Position numbers and translations under genes: made by a program | The notes under the pieces: model-generated | The model's database searches: none | Seen by the model: the letters and a program-made list of their open reading frames with translations, nothing else | Told to the model about the DNA's origin: nothing | In this document: piece after piece, positions 11,949 to 24,391 of the stretch | Layout: every line of letters starts with the position of its first letter | Numbering within the stretch: the stretch's first letter is position 1 | NCBI RefSeq assembly: GCF_041146345.1 | Contig: NW_027191410.1 | Coordinates: 1 to 64,000, forward strand | Length of the DNA: 64,000 bases | Source: Neodothiora populina | Lineage: Eukaryota | Direction of reading: 5' to 3'

Positions 11949-12535
11949 GACGACCTTGTTCATCCCGTCGGTCAGACCATGTAGCATGAACCAGCATCCT
12001 GCATACAGTACTTCGATGCTCATGTGCTGTGTCATCTTACAACTATCGTTTATTGATTAGTCGGTTATGTTATAGCAATACATATCTCTATCTTTGATGA
12101 ATCTGCTTCGAGATATAATGCTATCTATTGACGTGCAGAGTTCCGCCTCGAATAATGAAGGAAGTTTTATAATAGGTCCTTTCGAGGCTTTCACCGACAG
12201 CCTTGGAGTGCAGATTGTTCCAGCTCACTGTCATTGGCAGGATCGTCGCAGAGGCTCAGATGAGAAGTTCTTGGTGCGACGTTTACTAGCAAAGTGCGAT
12301 GCTAGTGGCTGCGCTTTTGTTGTAGCATTCTATAAAGTGCAACAGAGCCGGCTTTGGTCAGTTGCCATTTTAGAACCGCTCACGCAGACATGCTCTAGTC
12401 TGTCCAAATTGAACCTGCACTGGCACCGTCCTCCGGTGCTTAATAAGTGGCGAATTAGTAGAGCAAGACAGCTGCTGTATCGCAGCCGCAAACTCAATTC
12501 CTGATTTTTGGAGTTATTTGTTTGATCGACACCAA

Positions 12536-13783
12536 TCAAGCTGATGCTCGCTCAGCCGACTCTTTGGGTTTCTGAAATCGGCCCTGCATCCAGCATCGGT
12601 ACATTTTCAGTTTTCTCTGTCGGTTCACGAGCATACGGCGGTCCACACCAAGAGCTGTGATGTCGAAAGCAGGGGCTCTTTCTTCAGGGGACGATGTGTC
12701 TGCAAGCTGGGTGGTCTCAAGCTTCTCGGTTATTCCATCAGCTGCATCGCCTGTACCGTCCTGGGGCAGTGAGTTCGGTGGCATGCGACCAGACCAGATA
12801 TCTTGGAGTTCCTCTTGCTCGAAAAAGTAGACTCTAGTGCCGTCTCCACGAATGTAAAAGTTCTCCTCGAGATATCGACCTTTCTTGAAGCGCACCTGTG
12901 CCAGGTCACCACGGCCGTAGTCCCTGAATAAGACGACGCCGCCAGGCTTCAGGACATTGTAGACGTTGCGGACAGCCTGCATCCATTGTGTAGGTTGCAG
13001 GGCGGAGAAGATGAAGATCATGATGACAACGTCGACGCTCTCGGGTTTCACTCCAGGTGGCAGCGCGTTCTCCCCCTTACCCGCCACATCCCACACGTCG
13101 GCGCGCAGAACGTCCCCGTCGTATGCCTCGTTGGATCTGATAACCTCGATTGCCTTTTTCGAATAGTCGCAAGCGTGGATCCTCAAGTCTTTGTTCTGAT
13201 TGTTGGCAAGGACGGGGAAAGCGGTATTCCCCGCGCCAGCACCGACCTCGAGCAGAACAGCAGGACCGTACTCTGGCTGCGTGACCTGACCGAGAACGGG
13301 AAACTCCTGCACCAGCCACTTGCGATCCTTGAAGAAGTTGGCGCGGTTGTTGCTGTAGAATTTATCCCAAAACTTCTCGGGGTGCTCGTTGAAGCGCTTC
13401 TTGTCGAAGTCCGAGACGGGGGCGTTCCGTTGCACCTCTGCCTGCTCTTTGATGAATTCCTTGTATGCGTCGTCGACCTCGACGTGGTCCCAGGCGTTAT
13501 ATGCGAAGATGTCGTCGCCTTCTTCCAGCAGACGAGAGCCGAATTGGAAAGGGTCGGTCCGCTTCTGGTCATTCATCTTGGAGGCTTCGGTGGCGGGATT
13601 GCGCTTGGGCATGATGGCTGCGGGAACGCCGTAGGCTGGTGTTCCATGCGTGTCTTCGGCCGAGTCGGTGGGAGGAGGTGACGCGGGAGTCGGCTCGACG
13701 GTGACATACTGGCGCATGTGTTCCATGCCTTTGGAGAGCTGCGCCTTGGGCGTTTTCGTGGTGTTTTTGTCTGACCCCTCCAT
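12536..13783 (-). CDS. TRM140: tRNA N3-methylcytidine methyltransferase (Trm140/Abp140, METTL2-like)
   Basis: FGSRLL, NAWDHVE, FWDKFY..NFFKDRKWL..EFP, LEVGAGAGN, FRDYGRGDLAQVRF, YIRGDGTRVYFF and DRRMLVNR motifs. Confidence 0.95.
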   Translation of the reverse strand: MEGSDKNTTKTPKAQLSKGMEHMRQYVTVEPTPASPPPTDSAEDTHGTPAYGVPAAIMPKRNPATEASKMNDQKRTDPFQFGSRLLEEGDDIFAYNAWDHVEVDDAYKEFIKEQAEVQRNAPVSDFDKKRFNEHPEKFWDKFYSNNRANFFKDRKWLVQEFPVLGQVTQPEYGPAVLLEVGAGAGNTAFPVLANNQNKDLRIHACDYSKKAIEVIRSNEAYDGDVLRADVWDVAGKGENALPPGVKPESVDVVIMIFIFSALQPTQWMQAVRNVYNVLKPGGVVLFRDYGRGDLAQVRFKKGRYLEENFYIRGDGTRVYFFEQEELQDIWSGRMPPNSLPQDGTGDAADGITEKLETTQLADTSSPEERAPAFDITALGVDRRMLVNRQRKLKMYRCWMQGRFQKPKESAERASA

Positions 13784-14226
13784 GTCTCTTTCCTCTATTT
13801 ATAAATATCTTTCGTCGACTACACTTCTTCGAAGGAGAACTGATTTCCTGTTTATCCCTCCAGACAGACCCTTGAAGATCTGCTTTTATCAAAATCGACG
13901 GTTCGGCCCGCTGCCCGGGTTTTTGTGTCGCGTCGGCCTTTGTTCGACTCTAAAAAGAATCCCCGATCTCCTCCGCAATTCATCAGCGTCATTGACTTTA
14001 TTTATACCTCATTGTCTACATCAGGTACTCGTCGTTGATGGCACTCGTTGTGAATCCCGGGAAAGATGGTTTGAATCGAAATCTGCTGAAGAAACGACTC
14101 GCTCATCTTGATCCATCAGTCACACTCTCTTGAGATAATATCGGATTGTTTACAGTCACTGTTTACTCTCCATCACCATCACCACCACCACCACCTCCTC
14201 GGTTTCTTCCATAACAGACAATAAGC

Positions 14227-15006
14227 ATGAAGTCGCTACGAAGCACCTCGGCAATGGCATCTCAATTGACTAAGCCCTTGACACGAACAAGAGCCCCGAC
14301 ATGCTCAATCCGTCAGCACAGCCAACATTACCAACAACAACAAATCCGCACCTTCCTCCCCAACCCTTTCGGACCAACGACGCAGTCCCTCAGCGCCTCA
14401 CGAACCCTGCCGTACCCCTCTCCCCTCCTCTATGAGATCATCTCCGACGTAGAAAGCTACAACACCTTTTTACCCTTCTGCCAAGAAAGCACGATAACGA
14501 AGTTCTCGCAGCCAGATACGGACGGGCGCAAATGGCCGGAAGAAGGCAAATTGGTCATCGGCTTCAACAACGACATCTCGGAGGCCTTCTATAGTCGCAT
14601 CCACTGCGTGCCGGGCACGGTCGTCGAAGCCCTCAGCGGCGCGACGGAGACTTCTCTGGCAGCGGATCAGATCGCGCACCATAACCCGCGCCCGCGGCAC
14701 GGCGATGACCCCAGCAGGAACGCATCTGTCCTGACGCATCTGCTGACCAAGTGGACGCTGCTGCCCTTTCCGTATAAGCCTGGTCCGGAGTCTGGGGCGG
14801 ACCCAAGACACGAGACGTCGAAACAGCCCGCGCGCGAGCAGACGCAGGTCAGTTTGAATATCGAGTATGCGTTTGCCAATCCGATATACGCGGCGCTGAG
14901 CGCTGCGGCAGCGCCCAAGGTCGCTGACAAGATGATTGCGGCATTCGAGGAGAGGGTGAGGAAGGTTGTTGAGGAGAGGAAGAGGAAGACAGGAGCTGCG
15001 CAGTGA
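14227..15006 (+). CDS. COQ10: Coenzyme Q-binding START-domain protein Coq10
   Basis: Presequence; RTLPY..LYEIISDVESYNTFLPFC; IEYAFANPIY..MIAAFEERV. Confidence 0.88.
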   Translation: MKSLRSTSAMASQLTKPLTRTRAPTCSIRQHSQHYQQQQIRTFLPNPFGPTTQSLSASRTLPYPSPLLYEIISDVESYNTFLPFCQESTITKFSQPDTDGRKWPEEGKLVIGFNNDISEAFYSRIHCVPGTVVEALSGATETSLAADQIAHHNPRPRHGDDPSRNASVLTHLLTKWTLLPFPYKPGPESGADPRHETSKQPAREQTQVSLNIEYAFANPIYAALSAAAAPKVADKMIAAFEERVRKVVEERKRKTGAAQ

Positions 15007-15596
15007 TCAAGAAGATGAGCAATAGAAAAACAAGAGACGCAATAGGAAGAAACCTGAGAAAGACTGTATCTGTGTTTCATACTGTATGCATATGGGGATA
15101 TCTAGAGGAAGTTGAGATACACTCGAAACGCTTATACAAAAGCTACGAGCAACCTCGAAAAGCCCCCTGTCAGACCATGCTTCTTTCCTGCATACCCCGG
15201 GAGATCAAGGAACCCGCAACGATGTTTTCTCTCTTACAATTCCCGAGCAAATCCATCCGGCTCTTAACGACAGCAAAAATACCTGTCATATAAGGTAGTT
15301 CCACGTGGGGCAGGTCGACGTGACGTGACTTGACGTTCAATCATTCGTTTGGTCGACTCAAGAATGACGAGGCATCAGAAGTCGCCGTTCGGTTAAACAG
15401 TTTCGCCGACAGAGACAGACCGAAGCTCCAGATGGCGTCTGTGCTTTCGTCATAAAAGTTCCCGTCACCTGCTACTGTTTCTGTATAGGTACTTCCTCGT
15501 ACATTATTCAATTGACCACCTGTTAATCAATCCACCAAAAAGCCCACCCTCTGCAGAAACCAGGCAAACAGAAAGAACACAACTCGAGTCATCGCA

Positions 15597-16284
15597 ATGC
15601 CTGCACGACTACGCTTCCCGGGCTCCCTCGCCTTCTTCGCCAAACGCGTTCCCCAGAATGCCTCTTCCTCGACCACCACCTCTCCCTTCGCCTCACTACG
15701 CTCCTCCCGCCGCACCTTGATCGCAGCGCCGAAACCCAACTCAGGCCCTCTGATGGAACGACGAAGCGACCGCGCCCTGCCGAACCTCTCCTCCTCCCGC
15801 CGCTGGATCCGCTCGATCCCTGTCTTCGTACTAGTCATGGGCGTGTCCATGGCCGCCATCTTCAACTACCAGAAGCAGTCGTCGTCGATTGTCACGTCGA
15901 CGCTGTACTCGCTAAGGACCAACGCGAGAGCGCGAGAGTTGCTGGGAGATGAGGTCTATTTCGCGTCGCAGATTCCCTGGATTCATGGCCAGATGAATCA
16001 GTTGAGGGGCAAGATTGATATTTACTTTTGGGTCAAGGGCACGAGGCAGCAGGCGCTTATGAGGTTCAAGAGCTCGAGGAAGCAGAGGATGGGATATGTA
16101 CGTCTCTTTTCTTTGCCTTCACAGCATCGGTCTGGCTGACACTTTAATTTAGTTCGAGACCACAGAGTGGAGTCTACAAACCGAGGACGGCACCGTTGTG
16201 AATCTGCTGAATGACGAGACCAAGGACCCCTTCCAACAAACTCCCATGGAGGCAGAGGCCCTAGCTAAGCAAGCGAGTACTTGA
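15597..16284 (+). CDS. COA1: Cytochrome c oxidase assembly factor Coa1 (intron 16098-16152)
   Basis: Presequence; TM followed by AIFNYQKQSSSIVTSTLYSLR..LLGDE; WIHGQMNQLRGKIDI.F.VKG; spliced FETTEWSL. Confidence 0.9.
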
Positions 16285-16823
16285 ACAGAAGGAAGATAAA
16301 CTTCCTGCATATTTCGGACCGGCTAGAACTAGAAAGATGAGACGGCTGCCCAAGAGACGAGTTTAGTTGTTCATCTATATACACCAATTGAATCATCCAC
16401 ATCTTTCTTCTCTCCGGTATAAACCTCTCGATACACCCGTCCTGTCCGTTGGTCTCTGCAGCGGCGCGGCCCATTATCATACACATACAGATCTTGGACC
16501 TGACAGCCGAACAAGAGCCGGCCAAAAGCACAACCAACGGGCCCACCAGGGCCCTGCCAGAATACCCTCGAAAGGCCATATTAACCCCCACTCAATCGCC
16601 ATCTCCAGCAGCATCGACACGCACATAGCGCGCTTCACTGTTTTTGCTGTATTCGAAGGAAAGCAATGCGTTGCTGCGCATTATGTTGTCTAGTCTGTGT
16701 GCTACTTTCTGTGGACTTTCTTGTTCATCCGTCATCGCCACATTTCATCCAGTCATAGATAGGCACCTTACTGGAAGGAATGCGAGTCCAGATCAGCTCA
16801 GGTGGTCCAGGCGTCATGAGATG

Positions 16824-17734
16824 CTAAGCTGGCGTGGAAAGCTTCTCGTCCAGTCGCCCAACCAGCTCGACGCACATTTCAAAGATCTTCTTGGCTTCCG
16901 AGACGATGTCGCTGCGCTCTTGCGCACTCAAGAGTCTCTCGGCAAGCTCCAGTCTAGCTTTGAAGTCGGCTTTGATGTCTTGACCGTCCTCTTCTCCCTC
17001 GAAATAGAAGAGCGAAAAGCCAGGGACGGGCGTCTGCGGGCTTCCGAAGCTTGCGCCGTGATTTTCTCCTGCATCCCAGAACGATGGTCCCGCCCGCACG
17101 AACTGCTGTCGCATCCATCTACCGCCGGAGAAGATGGCCATGTACATGATCCATGCATATGCAACGAGCACGTGCGGCTTGGCGGCCGTAACCTCCGAGA
17201 CGTGATATATCATCTCTTTATCTAAGGTGTCGCAATTCCGCGCGGGGTCTAAATCGAGGCTCAAAATGCTTTTCAGATGATCTAGATCGGTGCTGATAGC
17301 TTGAGAGCGCCAGAGACCAGATGGCAGCAATTCGACAAGCCAGGGTCGAAGTCCTGCATCATGCGTCGAAGCGGCAGATCTCGAGTTTGTGCTCTTCTCT
17401 TCTTCGTTCTCTTGCTCTTGCGAACTACAAAGATGTCGCCATCGAGCCTCGAAAGCGTAGTATATCTGGGCAAAGGCGCTTATCCCGTAGGCATACAGTC
17501 GGGGATCCTTGGAATGTGGGGGCACGGATAGAGGGAGACGAGAGACGATGAGTTTGTTCAGCCGGGCATGTATGCCTCTGCCGACGACATTAGCTTCTTG
17601 TGTCAAACACGCCTTCTGCACTCCATGGTCACCCTGCCTTACCTCGTCGCAATGTTGATTTCGGTGCTTATCGAAGGAGGCGCGGGGGAGGGCAGGGGCG
17701 ATAACAGACTCTGGGGCGTGCTCAGTCCGCCCAT
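16824..17734 (-). CDS. Heme oxygenase-like protein (intron 17578-17642)
   Basis: Spliced STEINIATR|GIHARLNKLI..RLP; IYYAFE; LWRSQAISTDL; HVLVAYAWIMYMAIFSGGRWMR; IVSEAKKIF. Confidence 0.85.
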
Positions 17735-18097
17735 CTCGCTTTCCAGGATCCTTCTTCACAGATTACAGATGAACGAGGTTGCGGGCGCATGTCAAGCACA
17801 TGGAAGAGGAGACAGCACTGATCTAGATACCTCAGGCTGCCAGCATGTCAGTCTGGACACCTCGGGAGATAACGTTCTTATGTGCGGTACCTGTACCTCG
17901 AGCCAAATTGGAAGTGGAAGTCGCTGCGATGACGTCAACCACATACCTGGCCTCATCGTCACAATCACATGAAGTTGGAAGATGCAAGATAGGTATCCCA
18001 CCATAAGGTATTCACACATACACAGGGTTCGTCAACCTATAGTACCTTTCGAGCCATATTCGCCCGCTACAGCTTTGTACGTTCCCGATCAGACAAG

Positions 18098-19056
18098 ATG
18101 TCAGGTTTGTTGTCCACCCTCGCAAGAGCTCTGTCCTGTACCGCTGGCTAACCATTTCTTTAGCGCCTCCAGTAGACTATTGTAAGAAGAACGAGACTCG
18201 AGCCCCAGCGCCTTTGTTGTGTAACTGCTTACACCCAAGGGGAAACCAGATGCCACGCTAGACATAGACTCGAAGGCGAGCCAGGAGCAAATCCGCACAG
18301 CATATAAGAAGCAAGCCTTGAAACATCATCCTGACCGTGTCCCCGCCGACAGCCCTGAACGAAGCGCAAGAACCAAGAAGTTCCAGCAGATCAACGACGC
18401 GTACTACACCCTGTCCGACCCCAGTCGCAGAAGAGACTACGATGCCACTCGATCTTTCCATTTTGGAGGCTTTGGTGGCGCGTCGTCGTCATCTAAGCAG
18501 AAGCCGACGCCGGGAGGATTCGACGACGATGATTTCGACGAGGAGGCGCCATCTGGCAACGGTGCGCAGGGTGCGAGCGCGGGAACAGGAGGATTCAACT
18601 TTGGATCTTTCCCGTGGTCAGCATTTGGGTTCGGCGGACAGGCCAAGAACGAGGAGGACGCGAACAAGTTCAGCAATGATCAGTTCGGCGGTGTATTTGA
18701 AGAGATGTTGAGGTAAGCAAGCAAGCAAGCAAATCGCTCTGCGACGAGTGAATATGAAACACGAAAGCTGACATCAGGACAAAAACAGAGAACAAGGCAT
18801 GGCAGAAGGGCAAGACGCGCACCCGACGGGCAAGTTCTGGGGCGTGGTAGGCGCCATCAGCGGAGGCGCAATGGGCTTCATCGTCGCCAATGCCCCTGGC
18901 GCCATCGCAGGTGCTGTAGCGGGCAATCGACTGGGCGCGGTTAGAGACACGAGAGGAAAGAGCGTCTACGCCGTCTTCCAGGAACTGGACCAGCCGGCCA
19001 AGATGAGGCTTCTGAGCGATCTGGCGCAAAAGGTTTTTGCGCACGCTATCAGTTAG
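18098..19056 (+). CDS. DnaJ-domain protein with C-terminal Gly-rich hydrophobic segment (4 exons)
   Basis: Spliced MSAPPVDYYATL..IRTAYKKQALKHHPD..FQQINDAYYTLSD..RRRDYD J-domain; GAISGGAMGFIVANAPGAIAGAVAG. Confidence 0.88.
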
Positions 19057-19538
19057 ATGTCTCTTTTTTATTCGGCAAGGCTACAGTATTTCCGTGGACG
19101 GGTCTCAGGGACTTTGATCATCCGGCGCACCGAGTACGGACAAGGAGTAGCGAGTCATGACTTGATGATTTTCGTGTTAGTAGTCGAGGGATTTTCCTCT
19201 ACGTATGTTGGAAATTAAGGGTATTCGTTGCGCAGAAAACATGTGCGCATCAGGCGTTGATGCAAAGCAAATATACACCCTATATGAAAATTCCAGAGTT
19301 CTCCCGAGTATTGCTCATTCCTAGTGGTACAAAAAGCAGGAGGTTGATTTCCAGCGAGTTGAGAGGTCAGAGTGAGTCAGGGGGTATCTCGATCTACTAA
19401 CACACACTGTATCCAGCAGATATAATCGCTCTATTCCCTCCCGCTTTTCGATTTCCTCTAGCTCCATGTCCCTCCGTTGTCCTCTGCTCTGCTTTTCACA
19501 TGATACAAAGGAGCAAAGAAGAAAAGAAGAGAAGAAGA

Positions 19539-20685
19539 TCACCGCACGACCTCGGCCCCGTCCTTCTTCAACAGTTCTCTCGCAGCGCTCAACTCGGCGT
19601 CGTCGTACCCGTCCCAGCCCTTCTCGCGCGCGCCGCCTCGTCTGACAATCTCTGCGAGTTTGGCCGTCGCTTTCTCGTTTAGTTTCTGGAGAGTGGCTAG
19701 AGATGGGGGTGCGAGGTCACCATCTGTTGCTGTGGTCGTTGAGGATTCCGTTACTGTCGTTGATTTTGAGGATGAGGGCGGGGTTAGGGACATGAGACGG
19801 GTTGTTGTCTAGGACTTCGTGTTAGTTCTTCCCAAGAACTGCGGGAAAGCAGAGAAGACGTACGATTTTGAGACCGTAGTATGCGCGGAGATAGTCCTCG
19901 CACAGCTCCAGACTGCGGCAGAAATGACGCATCGAGTTCGAGAGCAGTTTCAGCGCGTCGGCACCGCTTGTCGTTGATGTTGCTGCGTCTTCCGGCAGTG
20001 ATTGCTGCGCGTGTGCGTATGTGACTTCGCCTAGTCGTGCGTGGATCTGTGATAGCAAATTAGCGATGCAGTCTTTTATGCATGCTGGAATTGTGATACG
20101 TACATTCCAGGCATTGGGTGTGATGAGCAGCACTTCCTCGAGACAAAAGATTGCTTGCGCATACAGGCCTTGAGTGAAGTATAAATCAGAGAGCTCCGCC
20201 CACGCCTCTGCATCGACGGGCGAAGCGTCCAGAAACTCGGTCAATGCCTTGATAGCCTCGTTCTTCTTGCCTAGCGATCTGAGCAGGGCGATCCTTCTCT
20301 TTCGGATGGGGAAGTTGATGGGCGTTTCCGCAATCACGGTATCGTACCATTTCGACACTTCCTGCAGCGCCTTGTCGTCTTCGGCCGTAGCCTCACGGTA
20401 GAGGCCGGTGAGATACTGCACGCGCTCGTTAGACTCCCCGAAGCGATCGGTGAGTTCTTTGAGACAGATGAAGGCGGATCCGTCGTCGCCCGTGCGCAGA
20501 CAGGCGACCAGTAGGTTCTCGTAGGTGTGCCATTGCTCGGGGGACTCGCTGCTTGTGAGGATCGAGAGTGGATAGGGGAGGCTGCTAGGTCGGGTGGATC
20601 TGAAGAAGGTCGGAGCTGCTTGTGACATAGCCAGAGCATCGCCGGGCGAGACGAACCCCGGGGGTTGGAGGAGGTCTACAGACAT
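19539..20685 (-). CDS. EMC2: ER membrane protein complex subunit 2 (TPR) (3 exons)
   Basis: YENLLVACLRTGDD, IRKRRIALL, DAEAWAELSDLY..AIFCLEEVLL, HARLGE and HFCRSLELCEDYLRAYYGLK motifs. Confidence 0.9.
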
Positions 20686-20982
20686 TGTTCATCCGGCGGT
20701 TCTTGCAGTACAGCGAGCGCTGAAGTAAAGCTATGGGAAGGTAAGTGTGGTATGTCGCAAGTACACAGCATGTAGTGAGTGCATAGTGGAGAGTGGTGGA
20801 GCATCACTCTACTAGTAAGCTGGGGGTCGGACGGCGGAGATCGTACTTGGCGTTACCGCGCCGCACCGCTACCCCGCCACTGCTCCACCGACTCCGCTCG
20901 GTACAAACAAGTCGCGGTTGGTGAATGACGAAGTCGTGCTTTCCGTGCTGGACACATGTTGTTGTACGGATGTCACAACACC

Positions 20983-22166
20983 ATGGCGCAACCGTGAGTC
21001 AACGAGCAGAGTAAATAAAACCGCCCGATTGCAATCACTGATAACTCAACGGCAGATCACTCGCGTCAGCAGTTGTTCTCGAAGAGCCGGCCTCGCCATC
21101 TCCACCCCCGCAAGCGGGCTCGAAACGTAGTCAACCTGCCGAAGCCGACGACCGAGATGAAGCAGACAGTGATACTGCCACGTCTCCGAAGCGACAGCGC
21201 ACCTCTCTAGAAGGTCGGAGTGAGCAGGTTAGAGAGAACGGCTCGAGGAGAAGGAGGGAGGACAATGCGCATGCGCCGTCGCATACATTATCAGCTCGGA
21301 AAGGCTCAATACCCTCGGAAGGCAGGAGGGTAGATGAGACTCGCGACAGGCGGCGCAACCAACGCCTGTTTGGTGCTTTGCTAGGAGGACAGGGTGGTAC
21401 TGCAGCGCCTCGCGCTCCACGAGACTCGGCCATTGCGAAGCGTAGAGCGGAACAGGAAGAACGTAGGCGAGAAGAAGCCAGACGGCGGGAAGCGGAGCTA
21501 GGGCAAAGGCAGCAGGAAAGGCTGCAGAAACTACAGAAAGAGCGGGCTCTCAGACAGAGGTCTGTAGGTGAAATGAACCTGAGGATCAGGCATGAACATT
21601 TGAGGGCGCTGGCAGGATTCTTACAGACAGACGCTGAGCCCAGGATAGTGAGTCCTCCTTGCACTTGGCTAAACTTCTGAACAGCCGTGTTGACATCGCG
21701 CCAGTATTACGAGCCCTGGAAACTGCGACCCGAAGAGGAAGACAGGATCAAGCACCAGAAGGAGGACGTTGAAATCCTCATTGATCGCGAATTAGACGAC
21801 CTGGCAGACTTGAAGAAGAAATGGCGCGAACAAGACGGCGAACCAGACCGGACCCGAGACCCCATCGAATCGGTTTCATGCATGCCACACGACGATATTA
21901 GTGGCGACGGGAATGACCAGAGAGGCAGAGTAGCACCAGAGGACATAGAAGACCCCCAACAAGAACGACCACAAGGGACAAACAACACCGAAGAGATCGA
22001 GCAAAGAGGAACAATAGAACGAGCGCCGTCGCCAGAAAGAGCAGCCGAGGGGCCCGGGTCGGAAGAAAACCATCGAGATCATCAACACGATGCAGAACGA
22101 AAGAGTAGCATTGACGACACGGGTGATGTGGTCGTCGAGGGCGACGAGGACACCGTCATATACTGA
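20983..22166 (+). CDS. Pinin/SDK/MemA-domain splicing-associated protein (3 exons)
   Basis: RRRNQRLFGALLG, coiled coil, LAGFLQTDAEPRI|YYEPWKL and C-terminal VVVEGDEDTVIY; GTGAGT donors. Confidence 0.82.
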
Positions 22167-22403
22167 AATCGAAGAGAGTATGCGCCGTCCGAAACGGACG
22201 GCTGATTCTGTCGACCTGAGCCACGGCCTAGCCTTCGATGTGCGTGGCAAAAGTGGCCCTAGTAATGCTGACCGTATCGTGTCTACTTCGAAGCAAACAT
22301 CCCGACGTTCTAGCAAGAAGCAGTGCTGTCGTGTTGTCAAGGGAAATAAGCTACGCGATGTAAGATGGCAGATGAAGGAAACACACCAGGCGAACACTCT
22401 CGC

Positions 22404-23999
22404 TCAGGCGCGCGTACTTTTCTCCTTCTTCTCTCTTTCTTTCTTCCTAGCAGAGGCCTCAAGCTTATCGTAGTAGGCCTGGTACTTACGATTCTGCCTC
22501 TTCAGCTCCGCTATCTCTTGTGCAGCGCGTTGCATCTCCTCTTCCATGGTCCTATCTCGTTCGTGACCAAGCGCTTCTTCGTGCCTCGCTGCCCCAACAC
22601 CGCCCCCCTGCGTCCTTACACTGACCATGCTCTGCGTCAAGGCGGCCATTGATGCATCTTGTGCACTGCGCTCGAAAGCTTGTAATCGATGGGACATTTG
22701 ATCGAGGGCATGCTTGAGCGTGTCGTTCTCGAGTTCTAACTCCTCTACCCGATGACCTTGAGTGGCTCCACCTCCACCAACCTTCTCGTGGGAGTCAATG
22801 TTTGCACCCATGCCGACCCCACCGGTCTTGGGCGCTTGCGTCTCCCTAGCATCCACGAATTCGTTGTCTTCCTCACTTATGTGGGAAAGGTGGCCTTGCT
22901 GCCGTCTAGCATATCTCTGCTCCGTCCTCATGATGTTAGCATAGCTCGCCGTACCGCCACTCGGAGGTACGACGTAAAAGCTTTCGCCAGGGCCAAAAGC
23001 TTGACCGCCAATCCCATGGCGACGTTGTTGCTCCTCGAGCGCGTTCAGGGCGGCCGGAGAGACCAGAGTTCGAAGATCGGGTTCATTATGAGCCCTGACG
23101 GACGTCCTCTCCGTGCGAGATGAAGTTGGCGATGAAGGTTGAGAGAGGGTGTCCGTGAGGGGAAGAGCGGCAAACGACAGTATTGAAGAGAGTCTGGAAA
23201 AGGGGCCAGAAGTCAGGGTGGAGTAGAAACGAGAGAAACCGTCGTCACCGGCCCCAGACTGCTTTCTTTGTGTCGACTCCATGGGTGGAGTAGCAGCATT
23301 AAGAGTCGATTCTTGGACAGGATCATGCTGTCGCGCGCGCGAGATGTGCTTTGTTCGAGGATTTGACGGGTCAGTAGAGTGGGCGAAGTTCGTTTTCCCT
23401 TCCGCGGGTACGTGAAGCCTTCGCTGCTGTGGTTGAGGGATGCCCCGACGTGAAGCTATATCTTTAGCCAACGCTGGTGACGAATCTCGCCTTTGTTGAT
23501 GTATCTTAGCGAGAGTGGAGCCTGAACCTCGCTGAGTTTGAGGCGAGCCATCGAGAGCGTTAGCGGCTGGACTAAGAGCAGACGCGAGGCTCTGCTTCGA
23601 TTCCTGTGTTGGGACGTGTGGTTCAGTAGGATCGGGGAGATGAGCTGAAATAGTATCCTTGGTCTTGATGATATCGGCTAGTCTGTGATGATGCTCCTCA
23701 AGCAGCCGGAGAATACGAAGAGCCTAACAGAACGATTGATTGTGAATCAACAGGAACTCCCTCATGTTACATAAGAATGCTCCTGGTTTCTTACTTCAGA
23801 ATCGTGTGTATCTTCGGCTGCTTTAGCAAATTGTCCAGCGGCGGCCTCGTGCTCACTGGCAGCTACCGTGAGGCTAGCTTTGTTGCTCTCTTGAGATGCT
23901 TTTCTCGCGTGAGCATGAGCCTGTAGTCGGTTTAGTCATCACACATCATCATCACTTGGACAGCACGACACGAACGAGAGCAAGCGGTGCCGCTTCCAT
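22404..23999 (-). CDS. MIT-like domain and C-terminal coiled-coil protein, probable Atg38/NRBF2 homolog (3 exons)
   Basis: Spliced MEAAPLAL|AHAHARKA..ASEHEAAAGQFAKAA..SE|ALRILRLLEEHHHRLA three-helix pattern; ESFYVVP; EELELENDTLK..LSHRL-type coiled coil. Confidence 0.65.
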
Positions 24000-24391
24000 A
24001 TTGGACAAAGCGGCGATGTTTATATGCAGGCGATGCAGAATCCAATCCACTGTCCTGATCCGCGGTCTATTGATACCTTAAAGCCGAGTCACAGGTGCAC
24101 CGGGCAGGCACGACGTCGTCACTGGCCGACCTGCAACCGCCGAGATGGTCTCGGCACACAGCTGCCAAGCCATCTTAACCCCGGATGTCCGTCGTGGACG
24201 ATAATAATCTATTATCATGAATTCCTTACCACACTGTACTCTATTTGATCTAATTAACAAACAACCAACTCATTCTTCGATCTCCCCTGATACTGTCTAG
24301 TACATTCATGCTGCCAAGGAGATCGGCGGCCAACCTTCTAGACAACGGATGAACAGAAGAGAAAAGGAAAGAACACAAAAGAAAAGAAAAA

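Noticed and set aside
12536..13783. Programmed +1 frameshift as in S. cerevisiae ABP140
   Set aside because: The methyltransferase is one continuous ORF from its ATG; no frameshift is needed.
15300..15338. CACGTG and repeated TGACGT motifs upstream of COA1
   Set aside because: Plausible bHLH/bZIP sites, but too generic to call without conservation data.
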